The position numbers and the translations under genes are program-made. A DNA stretch of 64,000 nucleotides from Hemiscyllium ocellatum (Eukaryota): contig NC_083433.1 in NCBI RefSeq assembly GCF_020745735.1, positions 8,319,363-8,383,362 of the forward strand, written 5' to 3'. The notes under the pieces are model-generated. The model searched no databases and was not told where the DNA came from. It worked only from the letters and a program-made list of their open reading frames with translations. Below are positions 9,540-23,219 of this stretch, in pieces (position 1 is the first letter of the stretch; each line of letters starts with the position of its first letter).

Positions 9540-10760
9540 GGTGCAGATTCCTGTCCAGATTGCTCACAGATCTCAAGAAAAGGAATTTATGGAATGTCTA
9601 TGAGATGGATTTTTGGAGCAACTTGTGGTAGAACCTACTAGGGAGCAGGCAATTTTGGATTTGGTGGAATTTAATGAGGCACACTTGATTAGAGAGCTTA
9701 ATGTGAAGGAACTCTTAAGATAGAGTGATCACAATTAGATAGAATTCACCCTGCAGCTTGAGGGGGAGAAGCAGAGGTATACTGCATGCATTTAAGTACA
9801 AAAATGTTTGAAAATGACTTAATTGTTGATCGATTCATAATTAACTGATAGAAAGACACCAACTATGTTCAAAAATTGAAAATATTGGGAAACATTCATT
9901 AGGTCAGGCATAGTCAACGTATCAGTTTGACAACTTTGTATCAAATCAGTACATGTTTGAGATGAAGCTTGAATCAAATGTAATGGTATTACAATTACAA
10001 AGGTAAGTACGAAGACATGAGGGAACAGCTGGCCAGAGTTGACTGGAAGGAAGGCTTAGTAGGGAAGACAGAGGTGCAGTAATATTATGGGTTCCCAAGG
10101 AAATTCCAAGGCACAGTAGAAATTCATCTCAAGGAAGAAGAAACATGTTAAGGAGAGGGTGAAGCAACCATGGCTAACAACAGAAGTCAGGGATAGTATA
10201 GAAGCAAAGGAAAAGCATTCAATGTGATGACAATTACATTGATGAAATGAATACGAGAGCAGGATTATATTGCTGAAGTTGTATAGGCTTTGGAAAGACT
10301 GCAGTCGAAATGATCGCAGGGATGAAGGACTTGTCATATGAGGAGCGGTTGAGGACTCTGGGTCAGTATTCGATGCAGTTTAACAGATGAGGGAGGGATC
10401 TCATTGAAACATACAAAATAATGAGAGGCCTGCATGGAGTGGATATGGAGATGTTTCCACAAGTAGGAGAGATTAGGACTTGAGGGCACCGCCTCAGAGT
10501 GAGGAATAAACCTTTAGAACTGCAATGAGGAGGACTTTCTTCATCCAGGTGGTGAATCTGTAGAACATATTGCCATAGAGGGCTGTAGAGACCAAGTCAT
10601 TGAGTGTAATTAAGACTCGATGTTAAGCTCTTGATTAGTAAATGGTTCAAGGGTTACAGACAGGAAAATGGGGTTGAGAAGCAGATCAGCCACGATTGAA
10701 TGGCGAAGCAGACATGATGGGCCAAATGGCCTAAATCTGCTCCTATATCTTATGGTTTCA
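9540..10760 (+). mobile_element. Degenerate CR1 LINE (endonuclease-linker fragment and 3' end)
   Basis: gaacctactagggagcaggcaattttggat (EPTREQAILD motif) plus a standard 3' tail. Confidence 0.75.
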
Positions 10761-11068
10761 CCAATCTGACTTGGAAATATTGCTGTTTCTTCAGTGTCAG
10801 TGGGTTAAAATCATTAAAACCGCTCCGCCCAAACAGCATTGTAGGCGATGCTACACTGTGTGAACTGTGGCAGTTCAAGAAGGCAGCTCACCACCACCTT
10901 CTACAGGGCAAGTCAGAATGGGAAATAAATGCTCCCCATATAGTGACACGCAGATCCTGTGAATGAATAAATGAAAAACTTTTCCCAGGATCTGCAACAG
11001 ATTAGCCTACTATTCTGTCAGAGGAAAGGCCAGCTCACAATAGAATACATGACTAAAGACATTATACA

Positions 11069-11355
11069 AGTTTTGAGAAAATTTGTAGCTTAGGTTTAGG
11101 TTCTGGATGCAAGTTTGCTTGCTGAGCTCAAAGGTTCATTTCGCAACATTTCATCACCATACTAGGTGACATCATCAGTGAACTTCCGGTGAAGAACTGG
11201 CATTACTGACCCGCTTTCTATTTATGTGTTTCAGTTTCCTTAGTGAAGATGTCATTTCCTGTTCTTTTTCTAAGCAGGTGGTAAATGGGGTCCAAGTCAA
11301 TGTGTTTTTTGATGGAGTTCCGATTGGAATGTCACACTTCTAGAAATTATTGTGC
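11069..11355 (-). mobile_element. Penelope-like element 3' end with degenerate hammerhead (CUGAUGA 11178-11172; stem II UCACC/GGUGA; GAAAU)
   Basis: Homologous to 2551-2706 and to 62250-62510. Confidence 0.8.
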
Positions 11356-12785
11356 AGTGAAATGTTCAGATAGGTTGTCAAAGGGGTAAGTAGCATTTGA
11401 GAGGCACAGGAGAGATATAGGGAGAGAATTCCAAAAATGAAGGTTTTGAAAGCTCAATGCACAATCACCAATGTTGGCAGGATTCATGTTTCCACTAAAT
11501 AAGGGTTAGAGTTGGTGGGAAGAGAATTCCATACTCCTCATGATTCTCACTGAGGAAAATTTCTCCTCACCTGTGGCTTATAAAGAATATAACCTATTCT
11601 AAATTATTTTCCTCCAGTTTTAGTTGACCCATGAATTTGGATTCTACCAGATGCCATGGTGGGATCTGAATTCATGCTTCTACAGTTTTAGTCTGGGTAT
11701 ATGGATTGCCAGCTCAGTGTGAGCATCACTACACCAGATCACTCACACAGATATCTTTTAGTCTACCACTATATTCAGCGCAATAGTATTTCCAAGAAGT
11801 CCTATACTCTTCAATGAAAGGGCACATGTGTAAAGCCCATATTCAGGTATAACTGAAAAAGTCTGTATAGAAAACAGAAAAACATTAAGGTAGGGAGTTA
11901 ACTGCAACTCGACTGTCACTGCAGTTTCCACATTTACATTTTTCATGTCTCAAAAAAAATTCAGTGTTAAATTTCCAAAGTAACTGCCTTAATAGCACCA
12001 CGTGTGGGCCAAGAACAGCAAATATACTCCCTTCAGTTTTCCCTCCTCCACCTCCCCCTGATCTGTCGGCTTCTCCTTTGATTTCATTCAGTTGCCCAGA
12101 ATAGTTACCTTCTATAGTTTTTTCTCCCTCAAAGGGAGCTTATCAATCAGACTATCCCAGTGCTGGTGGTTCCACTGTTAAATCTATTTTTCCAAGTTTC
12201 CCTGATTTCATCATAGTATTCCAGCCCCTTCTTACCCCACACTGAATATGCCTCCAGGCTAAAATCCAGACCAAGTTGTGACTGATTCACAGCTATTACG
12301 TTATTCTGTAACGTGCTCATGTTGGAGAATACCTAGACTGAAACAATTTTACTGACATTATGCCTGTGATCTTTATAGCAAATGTTGCTTATAGTTTTTC
12401 ATTTATCTTTGTACATGAAGAAAATGCAAATAAAAGATGCAAAAAGCTGTAACTTCACTCATATTATCAAATCTACCTTCCAGAGATATACGCATTTAAA
12501 CTGTAGCATGCAGTATGTCAAACTTCTAAGTCAAAGGTTGTAGGTTCAAACACAGAGATTAGGCTGATACTGCACTACAATAAAGAGTGTGGGCCACATG
12601 AGAGGTGAGCATAGGAACAGAGGAGACCTTTCAGTCTCTTGACCCTGTTCCATCATTCAATAACATCATGGCTGATCTGTGGCATAACTCCATTTACCTG
12701 CCTTTGACCTTAAAACCTTTGCTTAATAAAACAAAAACTTGATTTGAAGAGGTTAAATCAAGGCCTGGGAGACAGTGAGGACATG

Positions 12786-13137
12786 GCAAAGTGAGGACTG
12801 CAGATGCTGGAGATCAGACTCTAGATTAGAGTGGTGCTGGAAAAGCACAGCAGGTCAGGCAGCATCCGAGGAGCAGGAAAATCGACGTTACGGACAAAAG
12901 CCCTTCCTCAGGAATACAGGCAGGGAGCCACCTGCAGATGCTGGAGACCAGAGTAAAAGTGTAGTGCTGGAAAAGCACAGGCCGGTCAGGCAGCATCGGA
13001 GGAGCAGGAGAGTCGACGTTTCGAGCATCAGCTCTTTATCTTTCTGATGAAGAGCTGATGCTCAAAATGTCAACTCTCCTGCTTCTCAGGTACTGCCTGA
13101 CTGGCTGTGCTTTTCCAGCACCACACGTTTTTGACTT
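12786..13137. mobile_element. Half copy plus full copy of the hammerhead-bearing fold-back element
   Basis: ctgcagatgctggaga..gtgctggaaaagcacag..caggcagcatc occurs twice, then the inverted arm; + strand core CTGATGA A GAGC TGAT GCTC AAAA at 13044-13067 (GAAA mutated). Confidence 0.82.
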
Positions 13138-14039
13138 AAATCATGGCTGGCCTACTTGAGGGGGTTAAAATGATTCTAAAACACAGGGAATTCTGCTGTC
13201 TAAGCCAACATTTTCCCTTCAACAATTACTGCCAAGATTTGCTTTGAACCAACTATTTGAGCCAACAGTACTACAAACCTACGAAAGCCATTCCTAGCAG
13301 GTCAAGGTCTATTCTTACTCACTCGAGAGGAAATTTTGGCCCGTTTCTTTCCTCTCTTTTCAGGTTATGAAGAAACCGAGCAACAAACCATATATGCAAA
13401 CCTCCTCCCACACCTGAATTGGCATGACTCTGAGGGGCAGAGCTCCTTCAATTAACGCGTGACACCTGATGCTGTTTAATCATAACTGTTACAGCACAAG
13501 AGGCTGCCATTCAGGCTCTCACGTCTGTATGGGCTCTCCGTGCTTTGTGCTGTTCTCCCACCTTCACCCTCTAACCCTACAGGTTGCTTCCCTTCAATCA
13601 AGTCCAATTGCTCTTGATTGAAAATGGTGGAGATCACAGCTGGTCAGACAGCGTCCATGGAAAGAAAGCTGGCTTGCTCTCTCTCCATGGATGCTGCCTG
13701 ACCCACTGTGATCTCCAGCACTTTTGTGTTTTCAGTGCCGATTCCAGGATCTGCAGTAATTTGCTCCTCCCCTTGGTTGAAGCTGCCTCCACCAGTCTTG
13801 GGTAGTGCATTCAAGACCTTGACCAGCCCGAATATCTGAATCGCTCCCTCAAAACTAGATATTGTGAAGGTATGAGATAGGCCTAGTTACAAGGAGGTCT
13901 GGTTTGATTTCAGTTGTTTAATTGGTTTTTCTATCATCCAATTCATAGGCACATGCATTATGTCCTCTGCCTCCATTCTTCCCATCAACCTCTCTCAATT
14001 ACCAATAAGATCCCCTTTGCATTAAAACATTGCAATAAC

Positions 14040-15095
14040 TAATACAATCAGTTCTCAATATACACTTAATGGAAGGTGCTGGGGAGTGTTGCTGAACAAA
14101 GAGACCTTGGAGTGCAGGCTCATAGTTCCTTGAAAAGTAGTCACAGGTAGATGGGATAGTGAAGAAGGCGTTGGGTATGCTTTCCTTCATTGGTCAGAGC
14201 ATTGAGTACAGGAGTTGGGAAGTCATGCTGCAGCTGTACAGGACTTTGGTTCGGCCACTTTTGGAATATTGCGTGCAATTCTGGCCTCCTTCCTATTGGA
14301 AGGATGCTGTGAAACCTGAAAGGTTCAGAAAGGATTTACAAGGATGTTGCCAGGGTTGGAGGATTTGAGCTACAGGGAGAGACTGAATAGGCTGGAGTTG
14401 TTTGCCTTGCAGCATTGGAGGCTGAGGGGTGACCTTATAGAGGTTTATAAAATCATGAGGGGCATGGATAGGATAAATAAACAAGGTTTTTTTCCCTAGG
14501 GTGGGTGAGTCCATAACTAGAGTGGCACAGTGGCTCAATGGTTAGCACTACTGCCTCACAGCACCAGGGACCAGGATGTTATTCCAGCCTTGTCTGTGTG
14601 GAGTGTATTCTCCCCATAATCCAAAGATGTGCAGGTTAGATGAATTGACCATGCTAAATTGCCCATAGTGTTCAGAGTGTGTAGGTTTGGTGCATTAGTT
14701 CAGGGTAAATGTAGAGTAATAGATTTGGGGAATGGGTGTGGGTAGGTTACTCTTCAGAGGGTCAGTATGGACTTTGTTGGGCCAAATGGCTTGTATCCAC
14801 AGTGTAAGGATTCCACGATCTAGAGGGCATAGGCTTAGGGTGAAAGGGGAAAGATATAAAAGTGACCTAAGGGGCAACTGTGTGTGTATGGAATGAGCTG
14901 CAGAGGAACTGGTGGAGGCTGGTACAATTACACATTTAAAAGGCATCTGGATGGGTATATGAATAGGAAGGGTTTGGAGGGATATGAGCCAATTGCTGGC
15001 AAATGGGATTAGATTAGGTTAGGTTAGGATATCTGGTCGGAATGGACATTTGGACCAAAGGGTCTGTTTCTGTGCTGTATGACTCTTTGACTATG
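14040..15095 (+). mobile_element. CR1-clade (HER1-like) LINE 3' portion, interrupted by an HE1 SINE at about 14521-14818
   Basis: ORF 14159..14368 LYRTLVRPLLEYCVQFW; LINE sequence resumes after the SINE with ctagag on both sides. Confidence 0.88.
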
Positions 15096-16395
15096 AATGA
15101 AAGCTGCGGCAACTGAAAGCAGCGCTCAGTTAAGCAAGACTACATTCTTATTGACTCTATGCATCATTTAGAAAACAATTTTACTGACATCAAATAAATG
15201 CAGGACAGAAATAAAACCTGATAGAATGATGGGCAACCAACAACTTGCTTTATTTGAAAAGGCCTTAAGGAACTGCCTCACAATTTCACTCCTGTATTAG
15301 AAGATTTTCATGAATTGTCAATTCAAAGCAGGTCCTGAAATGTTATTTCTAAGCTGTGGAATGGGCATTAATAACCAGATGAAAAATGTGAATGCTTTAA
15401 ATCCAAAATAATAACATAAAACATAGGTCTGTTCGTGTCTGCAGAGCTTAGGTTTTAATGGGACTTTCAGGCTGGACCGAAGGGTCTGTTTCTGTGTTGT
15501 ATGATTCTGACTCGATGAATCTGGCAGAGGGTGGTTCTCAAGCTCTTTCTTCCTCCGCTCGGCTGTTTGCAATAAAAAACTGGCATCCACGCTTGTAATC
15601 ATTATCCAGTGTATGTTGCTGCAAAGACTACCAGAATGGGGGAGGAGGACAGTGTTGCTGTGATGGACACCAATATCAAACAGCTTGACAACGTTCACCA
15701 TTACATTTAATACATATGAAGAATGGCGACTTAGAGATGCAGTCGCATCTAGATGATATAACTGAATGATATACCTAAACTCCACAGGCTCCAGTGGTTT
15801 AAGGTGGCAGCTCACCATCTCCTTCTCAAGGGCAATTAGGGACAGCCATAAACGTTAGCCAACCCCTTAATGAATATTAAAGATGTAATTTAGAGGGTTC
15901 CAGAATTCAAAACCGGCCATGACAATTCAATAAAAACCTGGAATAAAAAAGCTATTGAGAGTAACCGAAAGTAAAGGGAGGGAACATGTCATCCTTATTT
16001 ACAATGGCCTCTCCGACTCCAAATCCACTGTGGCTAATCTCTTAACTGCGCTCTGAACTGGGTAAGCTGCTCAGGTGAACTCCGGATTGTGGTTCACCAC
16101 CATTTCAAGGGCAATGAGCAATGAATAAACGCTGCCCCTGACAGTGACACGGTCAGCCTGTGAACAAATATCAAATATCAAAAAACCTTTGGGTGAGATA
16201 CCAGACAGTACAGAATTTCAATTGTTTTTCAGCTTCATTCACCTGGACGAGAAAGTGAAAAGCAAATTCATAGTGAATGCCACGTAAAGTGACATCACAA
16301 ATATGCAGTGCTGACCACCAGCATGCTGGGAATGCACAGGAGTTCCTCTTATCCAGTTTCTGCGAGTAATGATCATCCTGGAAGCAACTGTGGTC

Positions 16396-16431
16396 TTATG
16401 CTGGCTGCACCGGCATCGTTATAGTCAGAAC
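16396..16431 (-). CDS. PIH1D1: PIH1D1 last coding exon
   Basis: Acceptor tcctggcag; VLTITMPVQPA then TAA, matching the terminal CS-domain strand (human QLMVAMPL). Confidence 0.9.
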   Translation of the reverse strand, partial: VLTITMPVQPA

Positions 16432-19400
16432 CTGCCAGGAAACAATGCAGAAACTGATTTTTCTCGGATTTTGGAAAAGACACTGGCTTCCTTCTGATGG
16501 CACCTTTTTACCCCCACGTATTCTGCCACCTTTTGCACAAAACTCTTTTGCCGCATTATCAAACAAACGCCTCCTGTTTAGAAATTCACAGCTCATCTGC
16601 ACTTGTACACATACAGCACTGGATAAAGAGGGACAATTCGCTTTGGTCTGATATGATATGGTAGGGTTACCTTTGCGCTAGTATCTGTACCTGTATAATA
16701 AAAATAAGGTAAAACCAAACAATTCTAACCATATTCAATTCTGAACACTTATTGCCAATGTCATCTTGTGTATGTGTACATTGTTTAAAAAACAAAAATA
16801 TTTTCACAATAGCTTTTAAGTTTCTCATGCCGATCACAGGCTATGGGTATCAGAAGGAGCAACGAGCTGCCTGAACATTTAAATTTATCCTTACCCTGGT
16901 TTTCCTGTTGAACTGCGAGCCACTTTTCTCCTGAACAATGTTAAATGGGATGTAAATATCTAAGTGATAAAGGTCTGGCCGTGCCCACAACACAATCCGG
17001 TCTTCTCCAAGGTCGAGCAGTAATGATGCCGCTGACTCCTGTGGCAGACAGGGAACAGAACCTGTAATGCAAGAATCGAACTGCGTAACAGGAGGCTACT
17101 CGGCCCATCAAATCTGCATCTGCTCTATCAGAACAGTCATCCTTATCGTGCAAGTTTGCAATTCTTTTCCCACATTCGGCAATAATCCCCAAGCCAACCT
17201 GCAAATTTATTCAATTTCCCTTGGAAAAATTGCTATTGAATCTGTTTCCATCATCGTAACAGACAGCTCATTCCAAATCTGAACCATTTTTTACCTAATA
17301 AAGTTTTGTACTTGCCTCCTCTTTGCTCGGAAATCTGGGCCCTTTGGTTAACTTTCCTTCCGCACTGGAAAGTTAGTATCTGACTTCTTTATAACTTGGA
17401 AAGCCTGCTAACAATACCTTCCTTCTCTACCATTTTCTGTCAGAATACCTGCAGTATTGTTCACCGCTGGTCAGCATGGAGGCAGGTGTTGAATCTACCC
17501 CAACTGGAAAAGGGATCAAAAACCCTGTTGTTTGGCACTGATCTGATTCACACCTCCACCCAAGGAGTCAGAGTCGCTGTGGGAAAAATACAGTCTAGAG
17601 CCAAGGATACTGATGGGGGAAGATTACAATCTCTGTCCCTCACATAACTCACCAGGAAACTCTCCTATTTTTAACCTATCTGCCACTTGCAGGTGTTGGA
17701 AGAATTGGCAAGTTGATACACTCCCTGCTTTGCTGCATTATGATCACACCTGCCTTGACCCATCAAGTCCTGGAGTGAAACTTGAACCTGGAGCACGACC
17801 TGAACCTAGAACTTCTGGCTCAGAGACAGGGACATTACCCACTACCACAAATGAGCTTATAGATATACTGGCATGCACTATCTATATGATTCACTGCAGA
17901 AATTTAACAGCAATTTTAACAGCATTAGCAGGACAAAAGCAAGAGATACATCAGAATACCAGCACCTACAAGTTCCCCTCCAAGCCATTCACCATCCCGA
18001 CTTCACTGTTGCTGAGTCAAAGTTCTGGAATTCCCCATTGGCTTTGTGGGATAACCAACAGAATGTGGACTGCAGTCATTAAAGAAGTCAGCTCACCACC
18101 ACCATTTTTAGGACAATTAGGGATGGCCAATAAATGCTGACCCAGCTAATGATGTCCATGTCCCAGACATGAATTAAGAATTGGGTTCAGGTTCTGCCCT
18201 GAAGAGATAAGCTTCGTATACTGAACGATGGTTTCATGCGCATCAATGACCTCCAATCATTTAGAGGGTCTTTTGTCACATGGAAACCTAAACCATTAGT
18301 ATAGGCAAACTTCTGAGAGTGGAGGGTACCAGAAACAAGCCAATGCTGTCTCCACCAGGCATTCACATTCACTCTTATTAGCAGGGGTAATGGGGATTAC
18401 AAAAGAACCTGACTGAACTCAGAAAGGCTGACCGGAACGGAGACTAATTTTATTCGAACCATGACACCTCTGACAAAACAATACTCCCCGAGCACTCCAC
18501 TGGACCGAGAGCTTTGATCAATTCCAGCCCTGGAACCTATAGCTTCTGACATAGAGATAAGACAAAGTAAAAGAGAAGTAAACATGAACAACAATCAAAC
18601 ACAAGCATTCCTGCTTCCTCAGCAGAATTTCGGAGTGGCATTGTGGCTCAGTGGTTAGCAATGCTGCCTCACAGTGCCAGGGACCCGGGTTCAATTTCTG
18701 CCTTGGGTGACTGCCTGTGTGGAGTTTGCACATTTTCTCCCAGTGTCTGCATGAGTTTCCTCCGGGTGCTCTGGTTTCCTCCCACAATCCAATGATGTGC
18801 AGCTCAGGTGAATTGGCCATGCTAAATTGCCCAGAGTGTTAGGTGCATTAGTCAGAGGTAAATACAGGTTAGGGAACGGGTCTGGATGGGTTACATTTCG
18901 GAGGGTCAGTGTGGACTTGTTGGGCTGAAAGGCCCGTTTCCATACTGTAGGGAATCTAATCTAATACTTTGGTGCCACACTGGATGTACTTTTCACTGTC
19001 AGTCATGGGTTAAGAATTGGTCCGCATTTTTTTTTGTAACTTTATCCTCAAATCCTAAATCATGGCCCTCAAGAGCCACCCACCGTCCTCTCCAAAATGC
19101 AGCTGTATGGGAATTAAAAATACTAACCACTTTTGGTAAGGAGATTTCTGCCACCAGGAAGCTGGGGTGCTCATCTGCAGGCTCGGCCATGATTGTGTAT
19201 TCTGGCTCTACACAGGTACTGTCAGAGCAGAGAAAAAGACAACATTAACAACTCCAGCAATCCACACTCTTGGTACACAGTCCAATTGTTCTGCCTGAAT
19301 AAATAAACCAGCTGGCCAAGTCCCTCACACGAACATAGATTGTGGCTCTGGCAATCAGCAATCGGTATTCTATTAATTAGAAGTCCTGGGGTAAAACCAT

Positions 19401-22400
19401 AAGAAATAGGAACAAGTAATGACCATCTCCAATAAGCGACAATCTAAACATTCCCCTTTGACATTCAATGATATTACTAGCCTCACAATCAGCATCCCTG
19501 GGGCGACCACTGATCAGAAACTAAACTGGACTTGTCACATATACACAGTGGCTACAAAGAGCAGGTCAGAGACTACGAATACTGCGGCTCCCCAAAATCT
19601 CCATACCAAGTCAGGAGTGTGATGGAATACTCCCCACTTGACTGCAGCTCCAACAGCACTGGAGAAGCTCGACACCAGTGAGGACATAATAATGCACTTG
19701 ATCAGCATCACATCCAGAGTCATTCACTTCCTCCACAACCACTCAGTAGCAGCAGTGCGCACTGTAGAAATTCACCAAAAATCCTCAGAAAGTATCTTCC
19801 ATGACCAAAACCATAGTGGGACAGCATGATGGCTCAGTGGTTAGTGCCAGGTATCCAGGTTCGATTCCACCCCCAGGCGACTGCCTGCGTAGAGTTCACA
19901 CGTTCTCCCTGTGACTGCATGCTTTACCTCCAGGTTCCTTCCACAGTCCAAAGATGTGCATGCTAGGAGGATTAGCCATGGGAAATGCAGGGTTACATGG
20001 ATGGAGCAGGGGTGTTCTTCGGAGGGGAGGATCAGTGTGGATTCGATGGGCCGAATAGCCTACTTCCATACTGTAGGGATTCTATGATTCTATGACCACT
20101 TCCATCTAGAACAAAAGGGCAGCAGATACATGGGAACACCACCGCCTGGAAGTTCCTCTCCAAGCCACTCACTATCCTGCCTTGGAAATGCATCACCATC
20201 CCTTGAGTGCCACTGGGTCAAAATCCTGGAATTCCCACATTGTGAGTCAACCGACAGGATGTAGGCTGCAGTGGTTCAAGAAGGCAACTTACTACCACCT
20301 ACTACTCAAGGAAAACTAGGGACAGGCAATAAATGCTGGGCCCAGCCAGTGACATGCACTTCCCAGAAGTGAATAAAAACAACACAGGAATATGTTATTT
20401 ATCCCTCAAACCTGCTCTGCCATTCAATAGGACTATGGATGATCTGAAATTCCTCATGCCCACCTTCTTGCCCTTTCCCTGTGACTCTCGATTCCTCTCA
20501 TTAGTCAGTCACTTTCTCCCAATCTGAATTCAGATGAAGAAATCTTACCTTGCTATTTCTGATACAAGGGATTCAGTGCAGGTACCTGGAGATGAAGTGC
20601 TGCCAAAATAAAATGAGGGTTTAGTTTTGGTCAGGATTTGACCTTACAGTTTCCACTAGTTAGAATCATTACACTTCTGGAACTTATAAAAAGCAAAAAG
20701 ATCCTTCAGCTGTCTGCCCCCTGTATAACAAAACCCAAGACAACGTAACGTGCTCCATACAGGCCCCATCTAACATTGTAAACACTGAAGAGTGACAGCA
20801 ATGGTTATCATCTACAAGATGTACTCCAATAACTCCCCAAGGTTTGTTATTCGACAGCACCGTCCAAACCCATGGCCTCTACTGCTTAGGACAAGGGCAG
20901 ATAACTCATGAGAACCTCACTGCTCGCTACAGGCTCTGCTCCATTGTCCTGAATCGGAATGATATCATAGTTTCTTCACGGTCACTGGACCAACATCCGG
21001 AAACTCCTTTCAGAACAGCACTGAGCAAACAAATGATTTCCTTGCCAGTGATGGTCACGTCGCAACAATGAAAACATAATTTAAAGTAGTAACAATACTC
21101 TTCAGAGCCCCAGCAGTAGCCGTGGTTATTTCTCTCAGCACTGTAGGATTGTGCGGGAGAAAACTGATTGAATCGGTACCTTCGAAGAGGTGATCGAGGC
21201 AAGGTGGGTTGAATGGACTGCTGTTGGTAGTGTGTTCAGACTAGGAGTGGAAGTGCCATTCCACACTTACAGCCTCTCCTGCTCCTTGATAAGATCACGG
21301 CTGATCCAATTGGGGCCTCAACTCTACTTGCCCATTGACACCCACCTCCGAAATTGATACCACTGGCAGTCAGAAATCTAAGCCTGTCTACCTCTGCCTT
21401 CAACACATCCAATGGCCCAGTCTCTGGGGAAGAGGATTCCACTGCTAGTGACCCTCTGAAAAAATGTTTCCCATCTTAAATTGAAAAAAATTTTTTTAAA
21501 TAATGTCTCTTCGTTCTTTTTACTCCTACAAGGAGAAATCTTCTTTCAGTGGCTATTTGGTCAAGTCCCTCAGTGGCTTCCAATGTCCATTAAGATAATA
21601 ATAGAAGGGGCGTGGGGAAAAAGCAGGAGATTGGTGTGAAGTGTGCATGCTTGTTTCCGAATGCTGAGATTCTGAAGATTACTTCTTTTAAACCCTTTGG
21701 GGGGAGGGGGTGAGTGGGTGAGGGGGTTGTTGGCATGACTTGCTCAGTCTTTCCATGAAAAATAACCCCTTCATCAAACAACATCACACCCTGCCATCAG
21801 TGTGGTAGGCAGATCTGCATTGCAATGTTGCACAAGGTGCTATATAAAGGCAAGTTCTTCAGTCACTCTACCTGGATTCCAGTTCCTGGATAACAGGTTT
21901 CGATTTTGTTCTGATGTTTTGTTCCGTTACAGATCCCAGAAATTTCCTGTTCTTCAGCATCCGCCATTCTAGCAACAAAATTGTTAACAATTTCAGCTGC
22001 AAACACTAGTCTTTCATCTCTCGAATCAGAACTCCGATACAACGACAGCCTCTGTTTTTTACTGGACATCTCATCAGACCTGTATTAGGCTATTCAGGTC
22101 AGCCCTGGAGCCCTCCATGACCTACTCAGTTGGCAGCAAGCCCATCGGCATCTGTTCAACAATTTCCTAATAAAAATAGTGATATGCTCAACAAACATGG
22201 AGTGCTCGTTCTTTTCCTTTACCAATCCTGCTCATGTACCTAAACCCACTAGATAATATTAGGATCCTTACAACCTGCAATTAAATTGGAGAAAGTTTGC
22301 ACAGGTCAGGCCTTTGCCCATTGGCATTTAGGAGAATGAGAGGTGATCTTATTGAAGCTCTTGAGGAGATGTGACAGGGTGAATTCTGAGAGGTGTTTCT

Positions 22401-23169
22401 GCTTAGAGAGGGACTAGAACTTGGAGGCAGTTTAAGAACAAAGGGGCCTCACTTTTAAGATGAGGAAGATAACTTTTTCTTTACTTGAGGGTTATTAGTC
22501 TATGGAACAATCCTTCCCAGCAGAAGAGATACCCTGTTGCTCTGCCGAGTATTTATTCCTCAGTCAGCACCACAACTACATTACAGAGAAACCTCGATTA
22601 TCCGAATTTCGGATTATCCAAAGGAGATCTCGAGGTCCCAATAGAAACATTACATCAAAGAGGTGTTACCAGTACAGATTGCGTCTTTTGTTTACAATGA
22701 TTAAAAATGAACTCAGCTTACTGAAATGCTGTTGAGAATAGTGCTGGACATCAATGGGAGCCCAGGCACCGTCACCAAATGACTGACCGCCCACGCTTTC
22801 TCTCTCTCCTCATACTTTCCCTGGAGTTCTACACAGGGGTGTACCCTAAACCCCCCTTCCCCAGATAATCTCTCCAACATTGTCCTGTACAGGGCAAAGA
22901 TGGAACTTGTCAAAACGTTCCAGTAAAGAGGTGTGTGTGTGTGTGCGCTATTTTGAGACTCACCCCCCAAAGGCAGCAGCAGTCTTACCGTTGGTGTCCA
23001 GTCCAGCTGTCCCGGAGAGGGGTGGGGGGCTGACAGGGAGCTCATGGGGACGGGGGCGTATGGGAGGGGGGGTGGCGGCGGCTGGGTCAAACAAGGGTGG
23101 GCGGGGGCATGGATGTGGGGGACAGATGGTGGGTAGGGCGAATGGGGGCGGTGTTTGATTAGTGTGTGT

Positions 23170-23219
<50 letters not shown>

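Noticed and set aside
15249-15254. Minus-strand AATAAA as the PIH1D1 poly(A) signal
   Set aside because: Plausible, about 1.1 kb past the stop, but in AT-rich, repeat-laden sequence and not distinguishable from chance.
8700-16000. Additional gene between PRL and PIH1D1
   Set aside because: The ORFs are repeat-derived or lack recognisable motifs, and I found no coherent exon chain.
17039-17061. Alternative upstream acceptor (ttacag) for PIH1D1 exon 9
   Set aside because: Adds 23 nt and shifts the frame; the acceptor at 17038 gives an in-frame 144-nt exon.
18630-18710. tRNA-like sequences with A and B boxes (also at 5603, 14521, 19815, 36500)
   Set aside because: They are SINE heads continuing into a V-domain and LINE tail, not tRNA genes.
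21863-22069. 68-aa minus-strand ORF as a PIH1D1 exon or separate gene
   Set aside because: The real exon (21872-21968) is in a different frame and matches EWRMxKNR.
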